From Desulfatiglandales bacterium (GTDB lineage Bacteria; Desulfobacterota; DSM-4660; Desulfatiglandales; Desulfatiglandaceae): a DNA stretch of 64,000 nucleotides. Below, piece by piece: positions 40,078-49,551 of the stretch. A program made the position numbers and the translations under genes. Every line of letters starts with the position of its first letter. The stretch's first letter is position 1. Where the stretch lies: assembly GCA_963666345.1 (NCBI GenBank), contig OY762721.1:1888001-1952000 (forward strand), given 5' to 3'. Below the pieces are notes generated by a model, which made no database searches, had not been told where the DNA came from, and worked only from the letters and a program-made list of their open reading frames with translations.

Positions 40078-41967
40078 TTACCCTTTCCCGCCCGCAACAT
40101 ACTCCGGCAGAAGTTCCTTCAACTTCCTCCTTATCCCGCCGTCGTCCTTTTGCGTGGCAAGATCGGACAGCTCATCTATCCTTGCATTAAGCATTTCCTG
40201 ATCGCAGGTCTCACCCCTTATTACCATTATCTTCTCATGCCTTGTTGCTACTATCCCCTCGCCCTCGGTAATCAATTCCTCATAGAGCTTTTCTCCCGGC
40301 CTGAGACCGGTATATACGATCTCGATATCACTGCCAGGTTCAAAGCCTGAAAGCCTTATGAGATCACGGGCCATCTCATCGATCTTTATGGGGGTCCCCA
40401 TATCAAAGATAAATATCTCCCCTCCCTCACCCATGGCGCCTGCCTGAAGAATCAACTGGCACGCCTCCGGGATGGTCATAAAATACCTGGTGACCTCCTT
40501 GTGCGTTACGGTCACCGGCCCCCCCATTTCAATCTGCCTCTTGAAAAGGGGCACCACACTTCCAACACTTCCAACCACGTTACCGAATCTAACAGTCATG
40601 AATCTCGTGTCTGAAACCCGGCACCCGTTTTGTCCCTGGACCAAAAGCTCAGCCACCCGCTTGCTTGAGCCCATTATGTTGGAGGGCCTTACCGCCTTGT
40701 CTGTTGAAACAAACACAAATCGATCCACCTTGTACCGGTTTGAAAACTCAACTACATTCCTGGTCCCCAGTATGTTGTTCTTGATTGCGTTCCAGGGCTG
40801 AAGTTCAAGCATCGGCACATGCTTGTAGGCTGCCGCATGAAATATCACATTTGGATCAAACGACTCGAACGCGCCGGTCAGATCATTTCTGTTTCTTATG
40901 TCGGCCAGAAGAGGAACAACCCCTACATCCGGAAAGGTTGCCTTAAGCTCGATCTCAATCTCATAAAGGGGGCTTTCGGCACGTTCAAACAGGAGTAAAA
41001 TCTTCGGCTCAAAACGGCATATCTGCCTGCACAGTTCCGAACCTATTGAACCACCGGCACCTGTCACCATGACGGTGGCATCCTTGAGATAACTCCCGAT
41101 GAGCTCCTCTTCAAGCCGAATTACCTCACGGCCCAGAAGATCACGATAGGCCACATCCCTTATTGCCTTTATGCTCACCTTCCCATCTATAAGCTCGCCC
41201 ATGCTGGGAAGGGTCTTTGAGGGTAGCCCGCACGCCTCACATCCCGATATTATCTCACGCATCTCTTTTGAGGTCGCGGAAGGGATCGCAATCAGACATT
41301 CATCGATCTTGTTCATCCGAGCTATCGACTTCAGATCGTTTAACCTTCCCAGAATAGGAACCCCATGGATCTTTTTGCCCACCTTTTCTTCATCGTCATC
41401 GACAAAACCGATCACCCTGTAGCGCAGTTTCGCGTTGTCTCTTATCTCCCTGTAGATCTTCTCCCCACTGTCACCCGCCCCAAGGATAATGAGATTTTTT
41501 GTGTCACCTTCTCTTCTCTGTCTGAGGAACCTGAGCATCCCTTCACTTTCAGCATGCTCCCAAAACCAAAAAAAAAGCCTTATCCCGACCCTGAAGCCTG
41601 AGATAAAGATAATCGTGAGCACCCAGTCTATTATGAATACCGAACGGGCGAACCCTGTCAGGCCGTGGCTGAAGACAAAAAGGGAAACGACAACCAGAGA
41701 GCCCACAGTGGCGGCCTTTATTACATTCATCAGATCGGAGATGCTGGTATAACGCCACATGCCCTTGTAAAGATCAAAGAAATAAAAGGCGACCATCTTG
41801 GCAAGCACTATAAAGGGAAGCACATGGGTGAAAAGGCCGATGCTTGCGGCAGGGATCTGAAAATTGAATCGCAAAAGGTGCGCAAAATACCCTGCAAGGC
41901 ATAAAAGCCCCGCATCCGTAATAAGAATAGCGATAAGATTTTTATCTATTATTTTTCTATGTCTCAT
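40078..41967 (-). CDS. Nucleoside-diphosphate sugar 4,6-dehydratase (PglF/CapD/WbpM family)
   Basis: N-terminal TMs, VTGAGGSIGSEL, HAAAYKHVP, STDKAV, RFGNV, LRPGEKLYEEL. Confidence 0.95.
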   Translation of the reverse strand: MRHRKIIDKNLIAILITDAGLLCLAGYFAHLLRFNFQIPAASIGLFTHVLPFIVLAKMVAFYFFDLYKGMWRYTSISDLMNVIKAATVGSLVVVSLFVFSHGLTGFARSVFIIDWVLTIIFISGFRVGIRLFFWFWEHAESEGMLRFLRQRREGDTKNLIILGAGDSGEKIYREIRDNAKLRYRVIGFVDDDEEKVGKKIHGVPILGRLNDLKSIARMNKIDECLIAIPSATSKEMREIISGCEACGLPSKTLPSMGELIDGKVSIKAIRDVAYRDLLGREVIRLEEELIGSYLKDATVMVTGAGGSIGSELCRQICRFEPKILLLFERAESPLYEIEIELKATFPDVGVVPLLADIRNRNDLTGAFESFDPNVIFHAAAYKHVPMLELQPWNAIKNNILGTRNVVEFSNRYKVDRFVFVSTDKAVRPSNIMGSSKRVAELLVQGQNGCRVSDTRFMTVRFGNVVGSVGSVVPLFKRQIEMGGPVTVTHKEVTRYFMTIPEACQLILQAGAMGEGGEIFIFDMGTPIKIDEMARDLIRLSGFEPGSDIEIVYTGLRPGEKLYEELITEGEGIVATRHEKIMVIRGETCDQEMLNARIDELSDLATQKDDGGIRRKLKELLPEYVAGGKG

Positions 41968-42146
41968 AGCTCCAAACACAACACCAGGCAACCAATTTTG
42001 CCTTTTTTTCTATATGCCCTTTTTCCACAAATATCAACTATTTCCACTTTTCTTTACCCCCAACAACCTGTAACAAATAGCAATCGCCGTTTTCCCGCAT
42101 TTTTGTCTTTCATGCCTTCTCATATAATGATTAAAAAACGGTCATG

Positions 42147-42189
42147 CCGACTTACCGATTTCCGGTCAAACCTGAAATCGGCAAGTCGG
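42147..42189. repeat. REP-like hairpin 1
   Basis: CCGACTTACCGATTTCCGGT-CAA-ACCTGAAATCGGCAAGTCGG, 3 bp from the transposase stop. Confidence 0.85.
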
Positions 42190-42192
42190 TTC

Positions 42193-43134
42193 TCATACCT
42201 GCTGCTTCAAAATATTGTAGACTGTTTTGGGAGATATTTTCAGGCGTTCTGCGACTTCACAACGCTTGAATCCCCTGGCTATCAACTGCTCGATAAGAAA
42301 CTTTAACGCCTGCCGGGACCCAGGTCTGCGTTTCCCATACTGGGTCAATGTATCATCGGTTCCCTGCTCCAGCGCTTCCATATTCAATATATCCATTCCG
42401 TCGATTTTGGCTACCGTCTTTGCGGTTGTCATCTTCCCAAAAATTTTCGGAAAAACCTTGATCAATTTCTTCCTGAAATCTTCTACGCCGCTTTCTTGCG
42501 TTTTTGGGTAATCAATATGCAATTTAGCTGCCTTTTCAAGCAGGTTACGATATTTGTACCTGGCGACTTGAAGATCGCTGGAAAACATTTTCAGTATGAA
42601 TTCGGCATTTACGAAAGATTTTTTCCCCGGTTCGTCCATAAATAACCGGACCGACGACCATCGATACTCTTTGGGGTCGCCAACGATTTCCGCTTTTACC
42701 GGATTTAGATGAATATAGGTAGAAGCGGTCATCAGGTATGCTTCGTCAAGACACACCGCCTGACGGTAAGGCCCTCCGAACAAGTGCCCTCGCCTTTCAT
42801 ATTTCCTGTTGAATCTCATCGCATATCGGGAAAACAGATCCCTCATGGCGTCCTGGAGGTTTCCGTGATTGGGCCGCAACAGGAGGTGGATATGATTTCT
42901 CATGAGACAAAATGAATAGATCTCGTAATCATGTTTTTGCACCGAATTTTTGAGAAATTTGAGCATACAGAGGAAATCGTCGTCTTCAACAAAACAGGGA
43001 TCCTTGCCGGCAGCACGTTGAGTGATATGCGAAACAAGGTTGCCTTGAGTGAGTTTATTTCGCGCGCGGAAAAAGCGCTTGACCTTATGCCCGTCAACAA
43101 GGTTGATTGAGTCCACGCAGCAGCTCCTCTGCAA
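42193..43134 (-). mobile_element. RAYT-like HUH (Y1) transposase with C-terminal HTH
   Basis: HITQR, CLMRNHIHLL (HUH), GHLFGGPY, YIHLNPVKA, YRWSS. Confidence 0.88.
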
Positions 43135-43213
43135 AAAGGAAACACTAGGTTCAACAAACCATTAACCAACAAAGCCGGAACAGACTTTTGCCTGATCCTG
43201 ACAGGGTCACGAT

Positions 43214-43246
43214 TTACCGATTTCAGGTCAAACCTGAAATCGGTAA
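43214..43246. repeat. REP-like hairpin 2
   Basis: TTACCGATTTCAGGT-CAA-ACCTGAAATCGGTAA, perfect 15-bp stem. Confidence 0.9.
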
Positions 43247-43568
43247 GCAAATTATTTGAATCGGTGTATTATATCAATAATTCTGCCCTTCTCCTCTCTA
43301 GCCCTTTTCGCCCTTTTGATGACAAATAACCAATGACTGCACCTGCCTTTCACATATTGCCATCTGGATCAAGTTCTAATTCTCTGCCATTTAAGACTGC
43401 TGATACTATATCAAACCTCTCTTCGACCCCCCACTGCCCGTGTATTATATTGTTATTTAATAAAAAATGGTAAGGGTCAGAAAACATTTTGTATTAGACA
43501 CTTGACTTATACATAATATAAGCTACCTTATAGTAAGTTAAATATAACACATTAGGAGGCGTATAATA

Positions 43569-43820
43569 ATGAACACAAATACTGTGAGATTAAATATTAC
43601 TCTCCCAAAGGATTTGGTCCGAAACTTAGATAAGTTGTTGACCAGCCCAAGAAAACGCAGTCAGTTTATCTCTAAATCCATCGAACTAGCTATCAAAAAA
43701 GCGGAAAAGGAAAAAATTGAGAAACTCCTAGAAGAGGGCTATCGAGCATCCAGACAGGAAGACCTTGATTTGGCAAAAGAGTTCGAGAATATAGACCTGG
43801 AGGGCTGGGATGAATATTAA
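43569..43820 (+). CDS. Ribbon-helix-helix antitoxin (MazE/NdoAI-like)
   Basis: VRLNITLPKDL, RSQFI, LEEGY; overlaps the toxin. Confidence 0.88.
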   Translation: MNTNTVRLNITLPKDLVRNLDKLLTSPRKRSQFISKSIELAIKKAEKEKIEKLLEEGYRASRQEDLDLAKEFENIDLEGWDEY

Positions 43821-44157
43821 AAGAGGCGAGATATACCTCACTTCACTTGATCCGGTAATTGGTAGAGAAATTTCAAAAACACGGCCGGTAGTAGTTGTTT
43901 CTAATGACAAAAATAATCAATACTCCGGAACAATAACGATTTTACCTATCACGTCAAAAAATCTGAAAAAGACCTACCCTTTTGAGGTATTATTGCCTAA
44001 AGGGTCTGGGAACCTGCCTAAAGACTCAAAAGCTAAAGCAGACCAAATCCGAACCCTTGATAAAAGAAGGATTATTAAACTCATCGACTCTTTGAATGAA
44101 GAGCAAATGGAAAAGATAGACAAGGCCATGAAAATACATCTGGCACTATACAAATAA
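43810..44157 (+). CDS. PemK/MazF-family toxin
   Basis: KRGEIY, LDPVIGREISKTRPVVVVSND, DQIRTLDKRR. Confidence 0.95.
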   Translation: MNIKRGEIYLTSLDPVIGREISKTRPVVVVSNDKNNQYSGTITILPITSKNLKKTYPFEVLLPKGSGNLPKDSKAKADQIRTLDKRRIIKLIDSLNEEQMEKIDKAMKIHLALYK

Positions 44158-44392
44158 TCCATTATTTTTCACCGCTCTAAAACAATCCGGATATTCTTGA
44201 CCTGGCAACATAATTGGCCAGGATAAAACTGATGAAGCAAACAGATAATTAAAAAAACACAGCCAAGATTACATAATTGAATAAATTCAACAATCCCGGA
44301 GCGCACTCTCCCTGTTAATCCATCGTTTTCAGTTGACAATAAACTTCTTTTGAAGTATGTTTTTATAAAAATAAATTTTGGGGATAAGGGTT

Positions 44393-44650
44393 ATGGGCAC
44401 AAGAAGGCAGACATCGATTAAGGTTGACCCAAAAGCTTGGGATGCAGCCAAAATTATTTTTAAAGAATACAATTTAACAGTAACCGACGCTATCAATATA
44501 TTCTTAAACCGTGTAAGAATTGAGCGCGGACTACCTTTTCCCGTGAAGGTGCCTTCAGAAAGGCTGAGAAAAGCCATAGAAGAGGCTGAAACAAATGAGT
44601 TAGTAAGATATGATAGCATAGAAGGCATGATGAACGATCTAAAATCATGA
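44393..44650 (+). CDS. RelB/DinJ-family antitoxin
   Basis: LTVTDAINIFL...GLPFPVKVP. Confidence 0.9.
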   Translation: MGTRRQTSIKVDPKAWDAAKIIFKEYNLTVTDAINIFLNRVRIERGLPFPVKVPSERLRKAIEEAETNELVRYDSIEGMMNDLKS

Positions 44651-44919
44651 AATTTGGGCTGGCAAGAACAAAAAAATTTAAGAAATCTTTCAAGAAACTT
44701 CACCTAAAAGATAATGATGAAGCTATCTATATAGATATAGTATCGAAACTTCTAAACGGAACACCTTTGGACAAAAAGTATAAGGACCATTTTTTAAAGG
44801 GAAATCCAGAACAATACCAAGAATGCCATTTAAGGCCGGATCTGCTGCTTATTTATAGGCTTTATAAAGATGAGGTGCAACTTATTGATATAGGATCGCA
44901 TAGCGATCTATTTGAGTAA
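44647..44919 (+). CDS. YafQ-family toxin
   Basis: YKDHFLKG, ECHLRPDLLLIY, IGSHSDLF. Confidence 0.93.
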   Translation: MKFGLARTKKFKKSFKKLHLKDNDEAIYIDIVSKLLNGTPLDKKYKDHFLKGNPEQYQECHLRPDLLLIYRLYKDEVQLIDIGSHSDLFE

Positions 44920-45070
44920 AAATATTATAGCTATAAGTTCTCAGAGCAAACAATTTCTCCTCGACCAAAAACCACCACCACCTGAAACACCTTATGTCCG
45001 GCTGAGACCTTCCAATGTGGTCGTCAGGCCACCTCAGAAATAAACAACGAAAGATCTAGGGGACTCTTCA

Positions 45071-45340
45071 TCAGGTGAATCTTCTATAGATTTCTTTACT
45101 GTGACCTATTTTGAAGATTTCTATCGTCACGATATCGGAATAGACCGAATAGATAACCCTATAGTCACCTGCCCGAAGCCGGTATGTATATTCCGCGCCA
45201 TGCAATTTACGGCTCCCGGGAGGACAAGGATTGTCAGGTAGAGTTTCAATAGCTTGAAAAATTCTAGAAATGGTTTTTCTGCCAAATTTCTTAATCTCTT
45301 TTCCGGCCGATTGCTTCCACTCGATCTTATATGAGCCCAT
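45071..45340 (-). CDS. RelE/ParE-family toxin (copy 2)
   Basis: Close paralog of 39447-39719. Confidence 0.85.
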   Translation of the reverse strand: MGSYKIEWKQSAGKEIKKFGRKTISRIFQAIETLPDNPCPPGSRKLHGAEYTYRLRAGDYRVIYSVYSDIVTIEIFKIGHSKEIYRRFT

Positions 45341-45527
45341 CGCCTTTTAACTCAGCAAGAAACGCTTTGTGGGATATTGCCGGTTCATTCCTTCTCTCTG
45401 CCACAGCAGCTAAATCTTCAATGTCCTCGATCAACTACTGAAAGTCAGACATGGATAAAATGACCGATTTTTTCTTGCCCTTTTCATCCGTTATATATTG
45501 AGGGCAAATATTATCTAAACTTATCAT
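45327..45527 (-). pseudogene. Antitoxin copy 2 with in-frame TAG
   Basis: Same 201-bp length as copy 1; codon 31 is TAG (45435-45437) where copy 1 has GGG. Confidence 0.85.
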
Positions 45528-45740
45528 TGGAGCACCCCCTTCCTGACCATAATAATAACAGCCCAAAGACAGGCTAGCAATTTAAATCGCCATCCAAAGC
45601 AGCTATTTACCCAGATCGATCGGCCTTAATTAAAATCTGACTTCATGAACAAGTCCAGCAGGAGAAGACCCGGTCTCAGTAGCTTCTTCTTACCAACGAA
45701 GCCGGAATAAGACTTCGCAGAGATTCGGGCAGGGTAATGG

Positions 45741-45775
45741 CTTACCGATTTTAGGTTTGACCGGAAATCGGTAAG
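45741..45775. repeat. REP-like hairpin 3 (opposite orientation)
   Basis: CTTACCGATTTTAGGT-TTG-ACCGGAAATCGGTAAG. Confidence 0.85.
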
Positions 45776-45780
45776 GGGGA

Positions 45781-47082
45781 TTACTTTTTACATTTACGGA
45801 TTATATCAATAATTCTATCGAGATCCTGTTCGCTCATCACAGTGCCTGAAGGAAGGCAGAGACCACTGTTAAATAGATCCTCGGCCACCTCCCCTCCTAC
45901 TACCCTTGCCTTATAGCGCTTTTTGCCTAGCCCACCTTTCTCGCCCGTCTCGCTTTTCACGTCCTTCTCATAACCAGTAACTGATAATGAATAACGTCTT
46001 CTTGCTTTTTTATCTTTTCTCGCATTTCTCGCCTGTCCAGCCTCCTTCTCACACTCAAACACAGGCTGAAGATGCATAGGCTTCCAGACGGGCCTGGATT
46101 CAATATTTTCCGCTTCTAGCGCCAGGCGCACAATCTCACGATCAGCCCCGAATTCCTCTGGAGTTATCAAAATGACCGTCAGCCACCGGTTGGACCTCCC
46201 GTAGTCAGCTTCAGGCATGAATTTTATTCCGGGGACACCACCCAGATTCTCTTTGTAATACTCAAATATCTCCCTTTTTCTTTTTACCCTTTCATCCAAT
46301 ACCTTGAGCTGTCCCCGACCGATAGCTGCCAGGATATTACTCATCCGATAGTTATATCCTATCTCGGTGTGCTCATAATGTGGAAAAGGATCTCTTGCCT
46401 GCTGAGAGAGAAAACAGGCGCGATCGATCAGCTCTTTACTATCAGAGGCCAGCATCCCGCCGCCCGAGGTTGTAATAATCTTGTTACCGTTAAAAGAAAA
46501 GGCCGCTAGCTTTGCACCTTTTCCTGCATGAATGAATTTTCCGTCTCTTTTGTAGGTAGCGCCAACCGCCTCTGCTGAATCACAGATAACAGGGATATTA
46601 TATTCATTACAGATATCCAAAATACGCTTTAGATTACAGCACTGCCCATAAAGATCAGTCGGAATAACAGCCTTGGGCAATCTTCCCCGCCTTTTACATT
46701 CCCTCAATTCCGCTTCAAGTATCCCTGGATCCATGTTCCAGGTATCACGATCACAGTCTATAAATACCGGGGTTGCACTCTGAAATATAATTGGTGTTAC
46801 ACTTCCAATAAAAGTCAGGGAAGAAGCAATAACCTCATCACCTGCTCCCACCCCTAACATTTTGAGTGCCAGGTGAAGGGCAGCTGTTCCGCTTGATAAA
46901 GCAACCACATGCGGGATGCCTATCTTTTCTGCAAACTCCTTTTCAAAGGCATCAACCATCGGCCCCAAAGGTGCGATATAGTTGCTTTCAAATGCCTCAC
47001 CAACAAATCGCATTTCTTCTCCACCCAAATGGGGAGGAGAGAGGAAAATGCGCTTTGCTAATTTTGAATTATTTATGTTCAT
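45781..47082 (-). CDS. DegT/DnrJ/PglE-family sugar aminotransferase
   Basis: LSPPH, SSGTAALHL, FSFNGNKIITTSGGG, GYNYRMSN, GLCLPSG. Confidence 0.95.
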   Translation of the reverse strand: MNINNSKLAKRIFLSPPHLGGEEMRFVGEAFESNYIAPLGPMVDAFEKEFAEKIGIPHVVALSSGTAALHLALKMLGVGAGDEVIASSLTFIGSVTPIIFQSATPVFIDCDRDTWNMDPGILEAELRECKRRGRLPKAVIPTDLYGQCCNLKRILDICNEYNIPVICDSAEAVGATYKRDGKFIHAGKGAKLAAFSFNGNKIITTSGGGMLASDSKELIDRACFLSQQARDPFPHYEHTEIGYNYRMSNILAAIGRGQLKVLDERVKRKREIFEYYKENLGGVPGIKFMPEADYGRSNRWLTVILITPEEFGADREIVRLALEAENIESRPVWKPMHLQPVFECEKEAGQARNARKDKKARRRYSLSVTGYEKDVKSETGEKGGLGKKRYKARVVGGEVAEDLFNSGLCLPSGTVMSEQDLDRIIDIIRKCKK

Positions 47083-47232
47083 TTGAGACTTTCTTGACTT
47101 GTCTTCACAATTGAGCTGAGAATCTTAATGCTTTTTATATATTCAACTATCAAGTTATCCAGATCTAACACAATTTTTCATCCCAATACAGCACTACGAA
47201 GTGTTGTGTTTAGGTTATCAGGACTTTCAAAT

Positions 47233-47266
47233 CTTACCGAAAATGGCTCAAGGCCGAAATCGGTAA
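47233..47266. repeat. Degenerate REP-like hairpin 4
   Basis: CTTACCGAAAATGGCTCAAGGCCGAAATCGGTAA. Confidence 0.6.
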
Positions 47267-47281
47267 AGGGTTGAATGAGAT

Positions 47282-47698
47282 TTATTCGCTTTGAATGTCA
47301 GCTTCCTCAATTACTTTGGCAGGAACACCAAAGGCAGTAACATTGGGGGGGATGTTGGAATTTACAAAACTGCAGGCGCCAACAACCGCATTTTCCCCAA
47401 TCGTAACCCCAGGCATCACAACCGTATGGCTACCTATTCTGCAATTTTTCTTTAATCTGACCTCACCTTTTTTGTTATCTATTGTAGATAATGAGTAGAT
47501 AGCACAATGAGAGCCAATCTGGACATAATCTTCAACTATGACACCATGTTTTGCGTTGATATATGTAAACGCACCGATATCGGATTTATATCCCAATTTC
47601 AAATTATCTTTGTTCTGAACCACCCAATTATATTGAGTCAGCTTCCCATCCTCAATATTGGGGTATTCCCAGTCTGAAAATCTGCTTTCATTATCCAT
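47282..47698 (-). CDS. Hexapeptide-repeat acyltransferase
   Basis: IGSHTVVMPGVTIGENAVVGA, GVPAKVI. Confidence 0.9.
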   Translation of the reverse strand: MDNESRFSDWEYPNIEDGKLTQYNWVVQNKDNLKLGYKSDIGAFTYINAKHGVIVEDYVQIGSHCAIYSLSTIDNKKGEVRLKKNCRIGSHTVVMPGVTIGENAVVGACSFVNSNIPPNVTAFGVPAKVIEEADIQSE

Positions 47699-47702
47699 GC
47701 AT

Positions 47703-48308
47703 CTATCTGTCCCCTTTGAATTTTTCTGCAGTGGCATGTCCAGGTTGATTAATGCCCTCTTTTTTAAAAATCTTCCATGCTGTCATGGCAATTATTTTTA
47801 GATCTAGACCAAGGCTCTGGTTTTCAACATACCATAAGTCCAGCTTAAATTTATCCTCCCAAGAAAGCTCATTTCTACCATTCACCTGCGCCCACCCTGT
47901 AATACCGGGTTTTACATCATGCCTGCGCAATTGTTCTGGTGTATAACGATCAAGATATTCCGTCAAAAGAGGCCTTGGCCCAACAAGGCTCATTTCTCCT
48001 TTTATCACATTAAACAACTCAGGAAGTTCATCCAAACTGGTTCCACGCAAAAACCGTCCCAAGATTGTTAATCGCTCTGAATCAGGCAACAGATTACCTT
48101 CTTCATCCCATTCATCCGTCATGGTGCGAAACTTATAGATGGTAAAAGGCCTGTCATGCAACCCCGGCCTCACCTGCTTAAACAAAACCGGCAAGCCGAT
48201 TTTTATACGCACAAAAAAACCGATCGATATAAAGACCGGCATAAGAATAATCACAGAAGGAACAGCCACCACCAGATCAAAAAGTCGTTTTATACACTTA
48301 TTATTCAT
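47703..48308 (-). CDS. Undecaprenyl-phosphate sugar phosphotransferase (PglC-like)
   Basis: KRLFD, KFRTM, SLDELPEL, SLVGPRP, PGITGWAQVNGR. Confidence 0.95.
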   Translation of the reverse strand: MNNKCIKRLFDLVVAVPSVIILMPVFISIGFFVRIKIGLPVLFKQVRPGLHDRPFTIYKFRTMTDEWDEEGNLLPDSERLTILGRFLRGTSLDELPELFNVIKGEMSLVGPRPLLTEYLDRYTPEQLRRHDVKPGITGWAQVNGRNELSWEDKFKLDLWYVENQSLGLDLKIIAMTAWKIFKKEGINQPGHATAEKFKGDR

Positions 48309-48324
48309 CGTTTTCTAATTCGCG

Positions 48325-49545
48325 TCAATCTGCGGCTAATCCTTCTTTTGCGTTCTGTTCCAACCAATCGACAAACCTCTCCGCTAATTGAACCCTATCA
48401 AAATTTCTTTCAGCCAGCATTCGCGCATTTTTGCCCATTTCAGCAGCCTCATCTCTGTGATCAGCTATATATTCAAGTGCATCCGCAAAGGCTGCCGGAT
48501 TTTCAGGCGGCGCAGCTATTCCACACCTGCTCTCGGTTATAATATCTGCAAGCCACCCAGGGTAGTTATTAATCACAGGCAAACCGGAAGCGATATAATC
48601 AAAAAATTTATTAGGAGAGGTGCCGTAATAAAAAGCCGGAACATTTGCAAGAATCATCATGCCTGCATCAACACGCTGCAAAAAATCAGGCAACTTTTTC
48701 TTAGGCATTGGATCCATAAACAAACAATTATCCAATTTTTCAGATACTGCTCGCATTTTTAAGCTCGGCTTGAGTTTTCCGTCACCTACTAAAATTAGTT
48801 TGATATCTTTCCTTCCTCGTTTTTTTAATACCGCAGCAGAATCCAAAACAGCATCCAGACCATTGGCTATTCCATGTGCACCTGTAAAAATTGCCTTGAA
48901 TTCTTTCTCCCTGTTGGTGTTTGCTTTTGCCTTGAAAAGTTCCAGATCAGATCCGTTAGGGATCATAGTTACAATTTTTGGATTAATCCCCTTCCGTTTA
49001 ATTCCCCCCACAATCCCAGGAGAAAGCCCGATGCAAGCATTTGCGCTATGATATGAGGCCCATTCAAGAAAATCCATGGCTTTCAATATTAAGGGATTTG
49101 TAATAACTCCCATTTCACGGGGCAATTCCGGCCAGAGATCCCTAACCTCAAAAACAAAAGGTTTCTTTCTTAAAAGACTTGAAATTATACCAGGAACTCC
49201 GGCTGTGAGGGGAGTAGATGTAGCAAAAAGGAGATCATAATCATATTTCATGGCAATAATGATGCCCCTGATGGCAAATTCAATAAAAATCATGGTTCTT
49301 TTCAAAAAACCGTCATAATTCGAATAAGGGAGATCAAATTCAATGACATGAATACCATCGACTTCCCCTTCCCTCATTCCCCTTGAATATTCTCCAAGCA
49401 ATCCAGTTTCTGCTTTAAAATAAGAACCACATACCATAGTTACACTATGGCCGCGTTCAATTAGGCTTTTTGCCATTTCATAAGATCGCGTTCCCCCGGC
49501 ACCCTGAGGTGTAGCAAAATGTTGATGATAATAGAGAACATGCAT
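48325..49545 (-). CDS. Glycosyltransferase family 4 (WbuB-like)
   Basis: FEVRDLWPE, GAHGIANGL, SPNKFFDY. Confidence 0.92.
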   Translation of the reverse strand: MHVLYYHQHFATPQGAGGTRSYEMAKSLIERGHSVTMVCGSYFKAETGLLGEYSRGMREGEVDGIHVIEFDLPYSNYDGFLKRTMIFIEFAIRGIIIAMKYDYDLLFATSTPLTAGVPGIISSLLRKKPFVFEVRDLWPELPREMGVITNPLILKAMDFLEWASYHSANACIGLSPGIVGGIKRKGINPKIVTMIPNGSDLELFKAKANTNREKEFKAIFTGAHGIANGLDAVLDSAAVLKKRGRKDIKLILVGDGKLKPSLKMRAVSEKLDNCLFMDPMPKKKLPDFLQRVDAGMMILANVPAFYYGTSPNKFFDYIASGLPVINNYPGWLADIITESRCGIAAPPENPAAFADALEYIADHRDEAAEMGKNARMLAERNFDRVQLAERFVDWLEQNAKEGLAAD

Positions 49546-49551
49546 AATTTT

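Noticed and set aside
43350..43455. Possible gene tail (GVEERFDIVSAVLNGRELELDPDGNM) on the minus strand
   Set aside because: No start codon and no recognisable family.
42147..47266. Integron attC sites with TA cassettes
   Set aside because: The hairpins lack RYYYAAC/GTTRRRY ends, are too short, and no integron integrase is present.
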